NCBI GenBank assembly: GCA_050261575.1 | Contig: JBLNDL010000005.1 | Coordinates: 62,001 to 126,000, forward strand | From: Sphingomonadaceae bacterium | GTDB taxonomy: Bacteria > Chloroflexota > UBA6077 | DNA length: 64,000 nt | Direction: 5' to 3' | Shown here: positions 22,710-33,016 of the stretch, one piece after another | Layout of the letters: each line of letters opens with the position of its first letter | Position numbering within the stretch: the first letter of the stretch is position 1 | Made by a program: the position numbers and the translations under genes | The notes under the pieces: generated by a model | Told to the model about the DNA's origin: nothing | The model's input: the letters and a program-made list of their open reading frames with translations, nothing else | Database searches by the model: none

Positions 22710-23180
22710 CTAGGAGATCTCCACGATGGTGAGTCGACGAGTCCCGCTGGGGGTCTCTACCTCCACCGTGTCTCCCGGAAGGTGGCCCAGCAGGGCCCTA
22801 CCCACGGGGGACTGGTTGGAGATGCGGCCTTTGGCGGGTTCGGCCTCCATCGCTCCCACGATGGCGTACTGCTCCTCCTCGCCGCTCTCATCTCGGAGAG
22901 TAACGACTGATCCGATATCCACCGAGGGCCAAGCGGTAGCCGCCGGCACCTCCACCACCTCGGCCTGGGCTAGCAGCTTCTCCAGAGTGGCGATGCGCCC
23001 CTCCACGAATGCCTGCTCCTCGCGGGCGGACAGGTACTCCGGGCTGTCCCAGACGCCGACCTCTCGCGCCGACCGGAGCCGTTCGGCCACCTCATGGCGG
23101 CGTACCGTACGTAAGTGGTCCAGTTCCGCCATCAATCGCGCATACCCGGTAGCCGTTAAGACTCTCTCGGGGTCGCCCAT
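22710..23180 (-). CDS. GreA/GreB-family transcription elongation factor homologue with atypical tip
   Basis: LTATGYARL, EQAFVEGRI, RISNQSPVGRALLG. Confidence 0.85.
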   Translation of the reverse strand: MGDPERVLTATGYARLMAELDHLRTVRRHEVAERLRSAREVGVWDSPEYLSAREEQAFVEGRIATLEKLLAQAEVVEVPAATAWPSVDIGSVVTLRDESGEEEQYAIVGAMEAEPAKGRISNQSPVGRALLGHLPGDTVEVETPSGTRRLTIVEIS

Positions 23181-23584
23181 GACCTTACACCTCCTCCATA
23201 CAGACCGTAGCCCTTCGGCGAACTGCAAGCCGCGGGCAGTCAGCATTCGCTCCATGATGTTGTGGCCGGGCTGACTACGGAAGGTTCGCGGATAGCATTA
23301 CTCGGCGCAAGAGCCGTGCCAGCGGCAGGTGCATGCCTCCCTTACCCTCCGGGCTTCCTCTCTCCGTCCAGGCGCGGTTCAGGGCGCCATCGCAGTGTAG
23401 CGTCGCTGCTCGCCCTCGGCGGGTGCCGCGTCGGAGACAGGCTCACACGCTCAGGTTCTCGCATTTCCCCGATGGCTTGCCCTCGTGAACCATGCACCCG
23501 CCTATCGGAGTGGGCACGCCTCTTGCCCGCTGCCCCACTCACGGGCGGATGCCGAGGGCACGGGATCAAGGAGGGATCGTGGCG

Positions 23585-26083
23585 ATGGCGAAGAACGTGC
23601 ACGTCAAGGAGAACCTCAGGGCGGTGGGCCTGGCGGAGAGGCTGGAGGTGCCGGCGGAGCGACTCCGATGGGGTTGCGATCCCTCGCGGCTTCCCTTCGA
23701 ATCCACTGAGGAGGTGGAGCCCCTGGAGGGAACCGTCGGTCAGGAGAGGGCGGTCAGCGCCATCGAGTTTGGCGTCGACATCGACTCCGGCGGCTTCAAC
23801 ATCTTCGTCTCCGGGCCCCCAGGCTCCGGTCGGGCCTCCACGGCCATGAGCTACCTGGAGCAGGCCGCCCGCACCCGGCCCGCGCCAGATGACTGGGTGT
23901 ACGTTCACAACTTCTCCGACCCTTATCACCCTCGGGCGATACGGCTGCCCGCCGGGGAGGGGGCCGCGTTGGCGAAACGGATGGACGAGCTGGTGGAGGC
24001 TGCCCGCCGGGAGATCCCCCGTGCCTTCGAGAGCGAGGACTACGAGCGGCGGCGCAACGAGATCCTAACCCAGCTCCACCAGCAGCAGCAGGCCCTATAC
24101 AGCCAGATCCAGGAGGCAGCCAAGTCCCAGGGGTTCGCCATAGAGCTGACTCCCGCCGGCATCCTCACCGTGCCCCTGGTGGACGACCATCCCCTTTCCA
24201 CCGAGGAGTACGAGCGGCTGCCCCAGGAGATCAAGGAGGAGTTGGAGCGCCGGGGGGAGGAGTTGCGGAACCGGCTGGAGCAGGCGCTCCACGAGGGCCG
24301 GATGCTGGAGAAGGACGCGATGGAGCGGCTGCGCCAGCTCGAGCGGGAGGTGGCCCTCTTCGCCGTCGGGCACCTCTTCGATGAGCTCCGCGACCGGTAC
24401 CATGGCCGCCAAGACGTGCAGGAGTACCTTCGGCAGGTGCAGGAGGACATCCCGGAGCACTTGGAGGATTTCCAGGTGGGACGGCAGTCCCAGGAGGGGC
24501 TCCCCGGGGCGCTGGCCGAGCTTCAGGGTGCCACCCGCGAGGAGCACCTGGCGCGGTACACGGTGAACGTCTTCGTGGATCACAGCCAGACCCGAGGCGC
24601 CCCCGTGATCCAGGAGCACAACCCCACCTACTATAACCTGATGGGGCGACTGGAATACCAGGCTCGTTTCGGCGCCATGACCACCGACTTCCGCCAGATC
24701 AAGTCCGGAGCCATCCACAGGGCCAACGGAGGCTACCTCTTGCTGGACGCTCTGGACGTGTTGATAAGCCCCCTGGCGTGGGACGCCCTCAAGAAGGCGA
24801 TCCAGACCCGGCAGGCCAGGATCGAGAACCTCGGGGAGCAGTTCAGCTCCATTCCCGCCGCTACCCTTCGCCCGGAGGCGATCCCGCTGAACCTGAAGGT
24901 GGTGATGGTGGGGGACCCCTTCGTCTACTACCTGCTCTACCACCTGGACGAGGACTTCCGGAAGCTGTTCAAGGTGAAGGCCGACTTCGGGCCGGACATG
25001 GACCGGTCGGACCAGCACATCCTCCGCTACGCCGGCTTCATCGGCCGCCTGGTGCGGGAGCGAGGTCTGCGCCACTTCGACCGAACCGGGGTATCCCGGA
25101 TAGTGGAGTACGGGGTGCGATTGGTTGAGGATCAGAACAAGCTCTCCACCCGCCTGGCGGACGTCGCGGACATGGTGGTCGAGGCCAGCTATTGGGCCGG
25201 GAAGAACGGCAACCGGTTGGTCACGGCCGAGGACGTGGACAAGGCCATCGAGCACAAGGAGTACCGCTCCAACCTGGTGGAGGAGCGGGTCCGGCAGTTC
25301 ATCGAGGACGGGACCATCATGATCGATACCGAAGGGGAGAAGGCTGCCCAGGTCAATGGCCTCTCCGTGATCGACCTGGGGGACCACGCCTTCGGCAGGC
25401 CCTCCCGCATCACCGCTCGCACGGCCCTAGGCGCTCAGGGAGTGGTGAATATCGAGCGGGAGATCAAGCTCTCGGGTCCAATCCACTCAAAGGGGGTCTT
25501 GATCCTGGCGGGATACCTGGCCGGCAAGTACGCCCAGGACTACCCGCTAGCCCTATCGGCCACCCTCACCTTCGAGCAGGTCTACGACGAGGTCGAAGGG
25601 GACAGCGCCGCTTCCACAGAGCTGTACGCTCTGCTTTCGGCCCTGTCCGGGCTCCCCTTGAAGCAGGGGATCGCTGCCACCGGCTCCGTGAACCAGATCG
25701 GTCAGGTTCAGGCGGTTGGAGGGGTAACCCGCAAGGTGGAGGGCTTCTACGAGGTGTGCAAGGCGAAGGGGCTCACCGGAGAGCAGGGGGTGATCCTGCC
25801 CGAGGCCAACGTGAAGAACCTGATGCTGAAGGACGAGGTGGTGCGGGCCGTCCGGGATGGCAGCTTCCATCTGTGGTCGGTGCGGACCGTGGATGAGGGG
25901 ATCGAACTGCTGACGGGGGTGCCGGCGGGGCAGCAGCAGGCGGACGGCAGCTACCCCCAAGGGACCGTGCACCAGTTGGTCGACGCGAGGCTGCGGGGCT
26001 ACGCCCAGCGGCTCAGGGAGCTCGGCGCCCCGGCGGGCAGGGGGCTTGAGAGGAGGGGAGAGGAGGAGCGGAAAGCCGCCTGA
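23585..26083 (+). CDS. Lon-like protease, LonC/YcbZ (AAA_32) type
   Basis: VGQERA, DDWVYVHNF, HRANGGYL, Ser-Lys dyad EGDSAAS..TRKVEGF; Walker A GPPGSGRAS lacks the Lys. Confidence 0.9.
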   Translation: MAKNVHVKENLRAVGLAERLEVPAERLRWGCDPSRLPFESTEEVEPLEGTVGQERAVSAIEFGVDIDSGGFNIFVSGPPGSGRASTAMSYLEQAARTRPAPDDWVYVHNFSDPYHPRAIRLPAGEGAALAKRMDELVEAARREIPRAFESEDYERRRNEILTQLHQQQQALYSQIQEAAKSQGFAIELTPAGILTVPLVDDHPLSTEEYERLPQEIKEELERRGEELRNRLEQALHEGRMLEKDAMERLRQLEREVALFAVGHLFDELRDRYHGRQDVQEYLRQVQEDIPEHLEDFQVGRQSQEGLPGALAELQGATREEHLARYTVNVFVDHSQTRGAPVIQEHNPTYYNLMGRLEYQARFGAMTTDFRQIKSGAIHRANGGYLLLDALDVLISPLAWDALKKAIQTRQARIENLGEQFSSIPAATLRPEAIPLNLKVVMVGDPFVYYLLYHLDEDFRKLFKVKADFGPDMDRSDQHILRYAGFIGRLVRERGLRHFDRTGVSRIVEYGVRLVEDQNKLSTRLADVADMVVEASYWAGKNGNRLVTAEDVDKAIEHKEYRSNLVEERVRQFIEDGTIMIDTEGEKAAQVNGLSVIDLGDHAFGRPSRITARTALGAQGVVNIEREIKLSGPIHSKGVLILAGYLAGKYAQDYPLALSATLTFEQVYDEVEGDSAASTELYALLSALSGLPLKQGIAATGSVNQIGQVQAVGGVTRKVEGFYEVCKAKGLTGEQGVILPEANVKNLMLKDEVVRAVRDGSFHLWSVRTVDEGIELLTGVPAGQQQADGSYPQGTVHQLVDARLRGYAQRLRELGAPAGRGLERRGEEERKAA

Positions 26084-26171
26084 CCCTGCCAGCACCCGGA
26101 AGGACGGCGGCTACGTTGCCGGCGGGCGGTTGCAGGGGCGGTGAGGCAAGTGTGCATCGCGCGCAAGAGAT

Positions 26172-26203
26172 GTAGGGGGCGGGTCCCAGGACCCGCCCCC
26201 TAC
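26172..26203. repeat. GTAG-type REP-like palindrome between convergent genes
   Basis: GTAGGGGGCGGGTCC-CA-GGACCCGCCCCCTAC. Confidence 0.7.
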
Positions 26204-26226
26204 GGTATGGTCGGCCAGCTCGATCC

Positions 26227-28959
26227 CTAGTTCGCTTCCACCGACTTCTGCCTGAAGCTGGTGGAGAACCTGCGCAGGAAGATCTTGGTGATCTCGGCCG
26301 CAGTCGACGGGATCAAGGCGAACAGCAGGATTACCGTCCAGTCCTGTGCGTCCGGCGTTACCACGTCGAAGATGGGATGCAGGAAGGTCAGGTAGAGTGG
26401 GAGCAGGATCAGCAGCGAGGAGAGGATCGTCGCCCCCACCATGTACTTGTTGGAGAAGATACCGAGGGTGAAGATCGAGTAGTACTCGCTTCGTGCCGTG
26501 TAGGCCCGCAGAAGCTCCGAGAACACCAGGGTGGCGAACGCCATCGTCTGGGCTTCCTCGTAGCTGGAGTTGCGCTGCAGGCCGATGGAGAAGGCTCCCA
26601 GGGTGGCCACCATGATGGCGACGCCCTGGACGGCGATACCTATCTGCATCTCCCGGTTGAGGATCGCCTCGGTCTTCGGCCGCGGTGGCCGGTTCATGAT
26701 GCCCGGTTCCGCCTTCTCCATGCCCAGAGCCAGGGCGGGCAGGCCGTCGGTCAACAGGTTCAACCACAGCAACTGGATCGGCCGGAGCGGCACAGGCATG
26801 CCGATCAGCATCGCGATGAACACGGTGAGGATCTCGCCGACGTTGCAGGAGAGCAGGAAGAAGACGAACTTGCGGATGTTGGAGTAGATGATCCTGCCCT
26901 CTTCCACCGCCGAGACGATGCTGGCGAAGTTGTCGTCCGTCAGCACCATGTCCGCGGTCTCCTTGGCCACGTCGGTGCCGGTGATGCCCATGGCCACGCC
27001 GATATCGGCGCGCTTCAGGGCCGGAGCGTCATTCACCCCGTCGCCGGTCATGGCCGCCACGTGGCCCTTGGCCCGCAGCGCTTCCACGATCTTTACCTTG
27101 TGGGCCGGGGAGACGCGGGCGTAGACGTTGACGTCCTCGACGATGTTGGCGAACTCCTCGTCGCTGATCTTGTCCAGATCGGCTCCGGTGAGCACCCCGC
27201 GCTTGGGCCCGATCATATCCAGCTCGTCGGCGATGGCCACGGCGGTGTCCTTGTGGTCGCCCGTGATCATCACCGCCTTGATGCCCGCGCTCTTGCAGGT
27301 GTGGACGGCGTCCTTCACCTCGGGCCTGGCTGGGTCGATCATCCCCATCAGCCCCACGAGCGTCAGCTCCCGCTCCACCGTCTCCGGAGTGGGCTTGGCT
27401 GGGACCTCATCGAAGTCCCGGTAGGCGATCGCCAGCACTCGCAGGGCCTGGGCTGCCATGCTGTGGTTCGCATCCAGAACCTGCTGCCTCTTCGCCTCGT
27501 CCAGCGGGACGACCTGCCCGTCCAGCAGCATCTTGGTGCACTGGCTGAGCATCACGTCGGGAGCACCCTTCACGAAGGCGGTGAAGCCGGTTGCGCCTCC
27601 ATCCTTGTGGAATGTAGTCATGCACTTGCGATCGGAGTCGAACGGAACCTCGGCCACCCGAGGGGCTGCCTTCTCCATCTCCTCCTTCTGGAAGCCGGCC
27701 TTCGCGGCAGCCACTACCAGGGCACCCTCGGTGGGGTCGCCCACCATGCGCCAAGCGTCCTCTCGCTCGGTGGACCTCTCCAGCACAGCGTCGTTGCAGA
27801 GGGCTGCTCCCCTCAGCAGCGTCGATACGACGGCGTTGTCCTTCGGGGAGAGCTTGGTGCCTTTCTGCAGGAACTCGCCTACCGGAGTGTAGCCCTTGCC
27901 GCTCACGTCGACCATCTGGCCGTCGACGAACATCTTCACGACGGTCATCTCGTTCTGGGTGAGGGTACCGGTCTTGTCGGAGCAGATGACGGTCACGGAG
28001 CCGAGGGTTTCCACGGCGGGGAGCCGACGTATCAACGCGTGGCGGGCAACCATTCGCTGCATGCCGAGGGCGAGGCAGATGGTGACGATGGCGGGAAGCC
28101 CCTCAGGGACGGCGGCGATGGCCAGGGAGACGGCCACCATGAACATCTCCAGCAGCTCGTTGCCCTCCCAGACGCCCAGGGCGAACACCACCGCACAGAT
28201 CGCCAGACAGGCGATACCGAGGGACTTGCCCAACTCCTCCAGCTTCTTCTGGAGCGGCGTGGCCTCCGCCTCCACCTCCTGGATCATCTGGGCGATCTTC
28301 CCGATCTGGGTCTGCATGCCGGTGCCCACGACGATCCCCTTGCCACGGCCGTAGGTCACCGTGGTGCTCATGAAGCCGCTGTTCTTTCGATCACCGATGG
28401 GGGCGTCGGGCTTGAGCAGCGCGTTGCAGTCCTTTTCCACGGGGACCGATTCCCCAGTGAGCGAGGCCTCTTCGATCTTGAGGTTGACGGACTCGATCAG
28501 CCGAACGTCGGCCGGCACGTAGTTGCCCGTCTCCAGCAGAACGAGGTCTCCAGGGACCAACTCTCGTGAGGGGACATCCAGAACGTGGCCATCTCGGATC
28601 ACCTTGGCCATGGGGGCGGCCATCTTCTTCAAGGCGGCCAGAGACTTCTCCGCCTTGGACTCCTGTACCACGCCAATGATGGCGTTGAGGACTACGATGG
28701 CCATGATCACGCCGGCATCGATGAATTCACCCAACACCATCGAGATCACGCTGGCGACGATCAGGATAATCACCAGGAAGTCTGTGAGTTGGGCGAGCAC
28801 CATCTGGAGGAAGGAAGGACCCTTGCGCTCTTGAAGCTCGTTCGGTCCGTACTTCTCGAGCCTCGCTCTCGCTTCCTCTGCCGACAACCCCTTGGCCAGG
28901 TCCGTCCGCAGTTGCCCTGCGGCTTCCACAAGGTCGAGGCTGTGATACTCCTTTTCCAC
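26227..28959 (-). CDS. P-type IIA cation (Ca2+/Mn2+) transporting ATPase
   Basis: [47 protein letters not shown]. Confidence 0.95.
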   Translation of the reverse strand: MEKEYHSLDLVEAAGQLRTDLAKGLSAEEARARLEKYGPNELQERKGPSFLQMVLAQLTDFLVIILIVASVISMVLGEFIDAGVIMAIVVLNAIIGVVQESKAEKSLAALKKMAAPMAKVIRDGHVLDVPSRELVPGDLVLLETGNYVPADVRLIESVNLKIEEASLTGESVPVEKDCNALLKPDAPIGDRKNSGFMSTTVTYGRGKGIVVGTGMQTQIGKIAQMIQEVEAEATPLQKKLEELGKSLGIACLAICAVVFALGVWEGNELLEMFMVAVSLAIAAVPEGLPAIVTICLALGMQRMVARHALIRRLPAVETLGSVTVICSDKTGTLTQNEMTVVKMFVDGQMVDVSGKGYTPVGEFLQKGTKLSPKDNAVVSTLLRGAALCNDAVLERSTEREDAWRMVGDPTEGALVVAAAKAGFQKEEMEKAAPRVAEVPFDSDRKCMTTFHKDGGATGFTAFVKGAPDVMLSQCTKMLLDGQVVPLDEAKRQQVLDANHSMAAQALRVLAIAYRDFDEVPAKPTPETVERELTLVGLMGMIDPARPEVKDAVHTCKSAGIKAVMITGDHKDTAVAIADELDMIGPKRGVLTGADLDKISDEEFANIVEDVNVYARVSPAHKVKIVEALRAKGHVAAMTGDGVNDAPALKRADIGVAMGITGTDVAKETADMVLTDDNFASIVSAVEEGRIIYSNIRKFVFFLLSCNVGEILTVFIAMLIGMPVPLRPIQLLWLNLLTDGLPALALGMEKAEPGIMNRPPRPKTEAILNREMQIGIAVQGVAIMVATLGAFSIGLQRNSSYEEAQTMAFATLVFSELLRAYTARSEYYSIFTLGIFSNKYMVGATILSSLLILLPLYLTFLHPIFDVVTPDAQDWTVILLFALIPSTAAEITKIFLRRFSTSFRQKSVEAN

Positions 28960-29193
28960 TGGTTCATGACTCCTTGGTCATTGGTGGGGAAAGCCGGGAT
29001 CGTGCAGTCTTCCAGGTAGATCTCAGCTCACGGTGCTGCTCCTTTGCGGCGCCTGTCAGGCGTATGAATGAGGCCGTACTACGTTGAAGTAGAGCGAAGC
29101 GCGGTCAACAACGATGTTAACCACCTGGGCCGCCATTATAGCACAAGAAAGAGAGGTCGCTACCGTCTTGTCGTGGGCTTATTGAACAGAATG

Positions 29194-31776
29194 CTACCGA
29201 GGGATGCCAAAAGCGCTGGTGCCTCCCAGGCCGTTAGCGAAGTACATGGATCGCTCCACCGCGATCGGCACGTCGGAGACGACCCTGCTGGAGACCTCTG
29301 TATCCGGCACCAGGTCGTTGACCCGGAGGGTGAGCCGCGAGGTGGGGTTGACGGCGAACTCGCGGGTGGTGGAGCCTCCGTCCCGTGTCATGAAGGTCAC
29401 CGCCAGCCTGGCCCCTCGGTCGTCGGGGTTGAGGATCGCGATCTCCTCGGTGAAGGGCTGCTGTGTGGAGCCCTCGGGCAGATACCACTCCCGGGATAGG
29501 GTCGCGCTCCCGACCACGTTGTGCCCTCCGCGCCCCCCGGCGAAGTAGGTCGAGCGCTCCACCACTATCGGCCGGTCGGACTCGACCCTGGCGCCCCACT
29601 TCCCCGGCGGCAGGGCGCCGTTCATGTAGATGCTGAGGCGGCTGCCCGGACGCATCGCGTAGTAGCCGACTCGAGGGGTATCCTTCTCTCCCATGAAGGT
29701 GACCTTCAGGTTTGCCGCCGTGGAGTTGGGGTTCATGGCCAGCAGCCAACTGTCCAGCCCCTGGCCGACCCTGCCCTCCGCTAGATACCAGCTTCGGGCG
29801 GCCTGGCTGGCCGCCGTGCTGCCATGCCCCCCCGCTTGGCGGAAGTACATCGCCCGCTCGGCTACGATCGGCCGATCCGATGTGACCACGGTGGAGACCT
29901 CCACGTTGGGGAGTAGCTGGTTGACGTGGATGCTCCTGCGCGAGGTGGGGGGCAATGCCACCTCCACCTCTTTCGGCGCCCCCTCAGTGGACAGGAAGGT
30001 AACCCTCGCGTTTGCCTGGACACCCGACGGGTTCTGAAGGAGTATCCAGGTATCGAAGCCGCCCCCGGTGCTCCCCTCGGCCATATACCAGTTGGTGGAT
30101 GGAGCGGCGACGCCGGCCGAGCCGTGGCCGTCGCTGCGGAAGTACATCGCCCGCTCCGCGAAGACCGGGCTGTCGGATTCCACCTTTATGGAGAGTTCCG
30201 ACTCGGGGATCAGTGGGTTCACGTGGATGGACCTGCGAGAGGCGGGAGGCAGGGTCACCTCCTGCATCTGCTGAGAGCCATCGGCCTTCATGTAGGTGAT
30301 CCGCGCCGTGGACTCCGCGTCGTTGGGGTTCTGGAGCAGCAGCCACAGGTCGAAGGGTGATGCCGTGCTCCCTTCCGCAAAGTGCCACACCGTGCCGGAC
30401 CGAGTGGGAGTGGTGGCTGCCGGCGAGGGGATGGGGTCGGTGGAGGGCGTCGTCGGCGGGGCGGGGGTCGCGGTCGCCGCGGGCGTGGCGCCGGTCGTGG
30501 CGGCAAGCAGCGCCTTGAAGGCGTTGATCACCCCCGCTCCGTAGTACTCGTCCTTGCCGGGCACTCCCAGATCCTCGGCGGTGGCCTGGAGTATCGTCTT
30601 CACCTGGGTGTTGGTGAGGCCGGGATTGGCCGATAGGATGAGGGCCGCCAGCCCGGAGACGTGGGGGGCAGCCGCCGAGGTCCCGCTGGCAGTCGCGTAG
30701 TCACCATACCCGGCTTCACGGCGGTAGGTGCTCAAGATCCCAACCCCAGGTGCGCTGACTCCCACGTACGGGTGATGCTGGGAAAAGTCGGGTACGTTGT
30801 CCTCTTCGTCGATGGCGGCCACGGCCAGCACCTGCTCGTGGGCAGCGGGGTAGATGATGGCGTTGTCCTGGTTCGCTGTGTTGCCGGCGGCAGCCACCAG
30901 GACGGCTCCCTTATCGTGGGCGTAGCGGATGGCTTGGGCCTCCAGTCGGGAAGTGACCGGGTTGCCGAAGCTCATGTTGACCACGCGTGCCCCGTGATCC
31001 ACGGCATAGACCAGCCCCTGGGCGACGGCGGAGTTGGGACCCTTCCCTTCGGCGTCCAGCACTTTGATCGGCATGATCCGGACTCCTCTGGCCACCCCCT
31101 TGACCCTGGATGTCCCCCCCGCGCCGATCACACCGGCGTTGAAGGTTCCATGGCCGCTATCGTCGTCGGGGTCGGAATCGTCGCCGAGGAAGTCGTAGCC
31201 AGCCACCAGCGTTCCGGCCAGGTCGGGATGGGTTCGGTCGATGCCGGTGTCCAGGACGGCCACGATCACCTCGGGGCTGCCCGTGGCCATGCTCCATGCC
31301 TGTTCCGCCTGGATCCGTCGCAGCCCCCATTGGGACTGCTGGTAGGGCTCACCCGCGGGGGCCCGCATCACCTCTCTCAGGTAGTTGGGCTCGACCCATT
31401 CCACCTCGGGAAGCTCCCTCAGCCGCCGCGCCACCTCCAACTCCTCCCCCACGGGGACCCCCAGCCGGAGCACTCCCAGACCGGATAATCGCCCCTTCAC
31501 CGTGACAGGCAGGGGCGCTAGGACGGAGGAGGCGTCGCCGCACTCCTCCCTCAGCGACACCAGCAGCTCCCCGGCGACGAACCTGCCCTCGGGCTGGTGT
31601 TGCTGAGCGGCCGCCGAAGCCACGAAGGCGACCGTGGCGCCGCGCTCGCCCGGGTCACGCGGCGTGTGCAACGCCGTGCGGGGGGCTTCCGGAGAGGGGA
31701 TTTCGAACAGCAGGGGAATTGCCGCGAGCAGCGGCAGGATGATGATGAGGTGGCGGGAGTGGAAGTGGTCTTTCAT
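29194..31776 (-). CDS. Secreted subtilisin-like S8 peptidase with four C-terminal W[HY]xxEG repeat domains
   Basis: VAVLDTG, GHGT, SGTSAAAPHVSG catalytic triad; repeats starting WHFAEG, WYMAEG, WYLAEG, WYLPEG, each with an ERxxYF motif. Confidence 0.9.
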   Translation of the reverse strand: MKDHFHSRHLIIILPLLAAIPLLFEIPSPEAPRTALHTPRDPGERGATVAFVASAAAQQHQPEGRFVAGELLVSLREECGDASSVLAPLPVTVKGRLSGLGVLRLGVPVGEELEVARRLRELPEVEWVEPNYLREVMRAPAGEPYQQSQWGLRRIQAEQAWSMATGSPEVIVAVLDTGIDRTHPDLAGTLVAGYDFLGDDSDPDDDSGHGTFNAGVIGAGGTSRVKGVARGVRIMPIKVLDAEGKGPNSAVAQGLVYAVDHGARVVNMSFGNPVTSRLEAQAIRYAHDKGAVLVAAAGNTANQDNAIIYPAAHEQVLAVAAIDEEDNVPDFSQHHPYVGVSAPGVGILSTYRREAGYGDYATASGTSAAAPHVSGLAALILSANPGLTNTQVKTILQATAEDLGVPGKDEYYGAGVINAFKALLAATTGATPAATATPAPPTTPSTDPIPSPAATTPTRSGTVWHFAEGSTASPFDLWLLLQNPNDAESTARITYMKADGSQQMQEVTLPPASRRSIHVNPLIPESELSIKVESDSPVFAERAMYFRSDGHGSAGVAAPSTNWYMAEGSTGGGFDTWILLQNPSGVQANARVTFLSTEGAPKEVEVALPPTSRRSIHVNQLLPNVEVSTVVTSDRPIVAERAMYFRQAGGHGSTAASQAARSWYLAEGRVGQGLDSWLLAMNPNSTAANLKVTFMGEKDTPRVGYYAMRPGSRLSIYMNGALPPGKWGARVESDRPIVVERSTYFAGGRGGHNVVGSATLSREWYLPEGSTQQPFTEEIAILNPDDRGARLAVTFMTRDGGSTTREFAVNPTSRLTLRVNDLVPDTEVSSRVVSDVPIAVERSMYFANGLGGTSAFGIPR

Positions 31777-32229
31777 CTACTCCAATTGGCCGAGCGTCTC
31801 CTCGAAGCCCTCTAACTCCTCGGGTGTGAGCTTGACGAAGAGCCCGCTCCCTTCCACCGCCACCGACCCGTCGGCCAGCAGGATCCGCCCCCGTGCCTCC
31901 ACGATGCGACCGCGGTCCCTCACCATCTCTCCCACGACGGTGATCTCCTGACCCAGCGGGATCGGCTTCCGGTACTTCACCTCGAACTTGGCGGTGAAGG
32001 TCCAGAAGCCGTGGACGAAGCCGGCCCGCCCGATGGTCTCGTCCAGCAGGGTGCTGGCGATCCCTCCGTGCATCCTGTCGGGGTAACCCTGGTGCTCGGG
32101 CCCCGGGGTGAAGCGGGTAAACACCCGATCCCCGTCCTGGAAGAACTGGACCTTCAGGCCGATGGGGTTCTCTCTGCCGCAGACGTAGCAGTGACGGGAG
32201 CCGGGCTGGCGGGCCACCGTCTCACTCAC
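31777..32229 (-). CDS. PaaI-family thioesterase
   Basis: CYVCGRENPIGL, HQGYP..HGGIASTLLDE. Confidence 0.88.
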   Translation of the reverse strand: MSETVARQPGSRHCYVCGRENPIGLKVQFFQDGDRVFTRFTPGPEHQGYPDRMHGGIASTLLDETIGRAGFVHGFWTFTAKFEVKYRKPIPLGQEITVVGEMVRDRGRIVEARGRILLADGSVAVEGSGLFVKLTPEELEGFEETLGQLE

Positions 32230-32941
32230 TCTCTACCTCCCGACCGAGTACTCGGTTGATCGCCTCCACCTTCTCCGGCTCCAGGGTGGGCTTTAGCCTT
32301 CGGAAGATCGCTCTCAGTTCCTTGCTGTGAACGATCGGCACGGGGGGATCCTTCGCCTCCACCCGCGCACCCGGATTGGTGAAGACGATGATCGGTCGCG
32401 CCTCCAAGCCCTGGATCAACTCCTCGGAGCCGTGCGTTCTGAGGTAGGCTGCGAGCTCAGTCAACGCCTTGCGCACCTCGATGAGCGGGTTTCCCAGGCC
32501 ACCCTCCGCCAGGCCGCGGAGGAGGGTGCTGCCGACGGAGCCTCGGGACCACCTTCCGTTCCGGAAGCGGATGGTTCCACCGTTGGGCTTCGGGACCAGG
32601 ACGAAGAGGCCGCCCGGCCCCACCACGATGTGGTCGGGAAGCTTGGGCGAGGCGTAGTTGAACATGGTGTAGCGGTTGTCCACGCCTCGGAGTGCGGGTA
32701 TCAACCACTGGTCCTGCCGGAATCTGGGACCCCAGCGCCGGGTGAAGGTGCGCCCGTAGCTGAGCAGGAGGAAGGCACCGATGAGCGCCCCGTAGGCGAT
32801 GAAGATGGCCGTGTTGCCGAGCCTGTCGGTCATCAGGGAGAGGACGAACCCCACAACCAGCAGCGCCATGGACGCGAGGTTGGCGATGTTGCCTATCTTC
32901 AATTTGCGGCGAACGAGCCCCTTGTTCTCTACGATTTGCAT
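32222..32941 (-). CDS. Membrane protein with NERD-like domain
   Basis: Two N-terminal TMs; PDHIVVGPGGLFVL and NP..EV motifs. Confidence 0.6.
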   Translation of the reverse strand: MQIVENKGLVRRKLKIGNIANLASMALLVVGFVLSLMTDRLGNTAIFIAYGALIGAFLLLSYGRTFTRRWGPRFRQDQWLIPALRGVDNRYTMFNYASPKLPDHIVVGPGGLFVLVPKPNGGTIRFRNGRWSRGSVGSTLLRGLAEGGLGNPLIEVRKALTELAAYLRTHGSEELIQGLEARPIIVFTNPGARVEAKDPPVPIVHSKELRAIFRRLKPTLEPEKVEAINRVLGREVESE

Positions 32942-33016
32942 TTGACTACCTGCTTATCTTGAAATGACCGACAACAGGGTTCTGGGTGAGCGCATCCGGC
33001 ACTCAGAGCCCAGAAC

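Noticed and set aside
28770..28967. Out-of-frame ATG ORF overlapping the ATPase start
   Set aside because: The AAGGAG SD is only 2 nt from this ATG but 10 nt from the ATPase GTG
28960..29140. yybP-ykoY manganese riboswitch upstream of the P-type ATPase
   Set aside because: A leader of about 170 nt follows a TATAAT, but the conserved GGGGAGUA and CAAGACC elements are not visible
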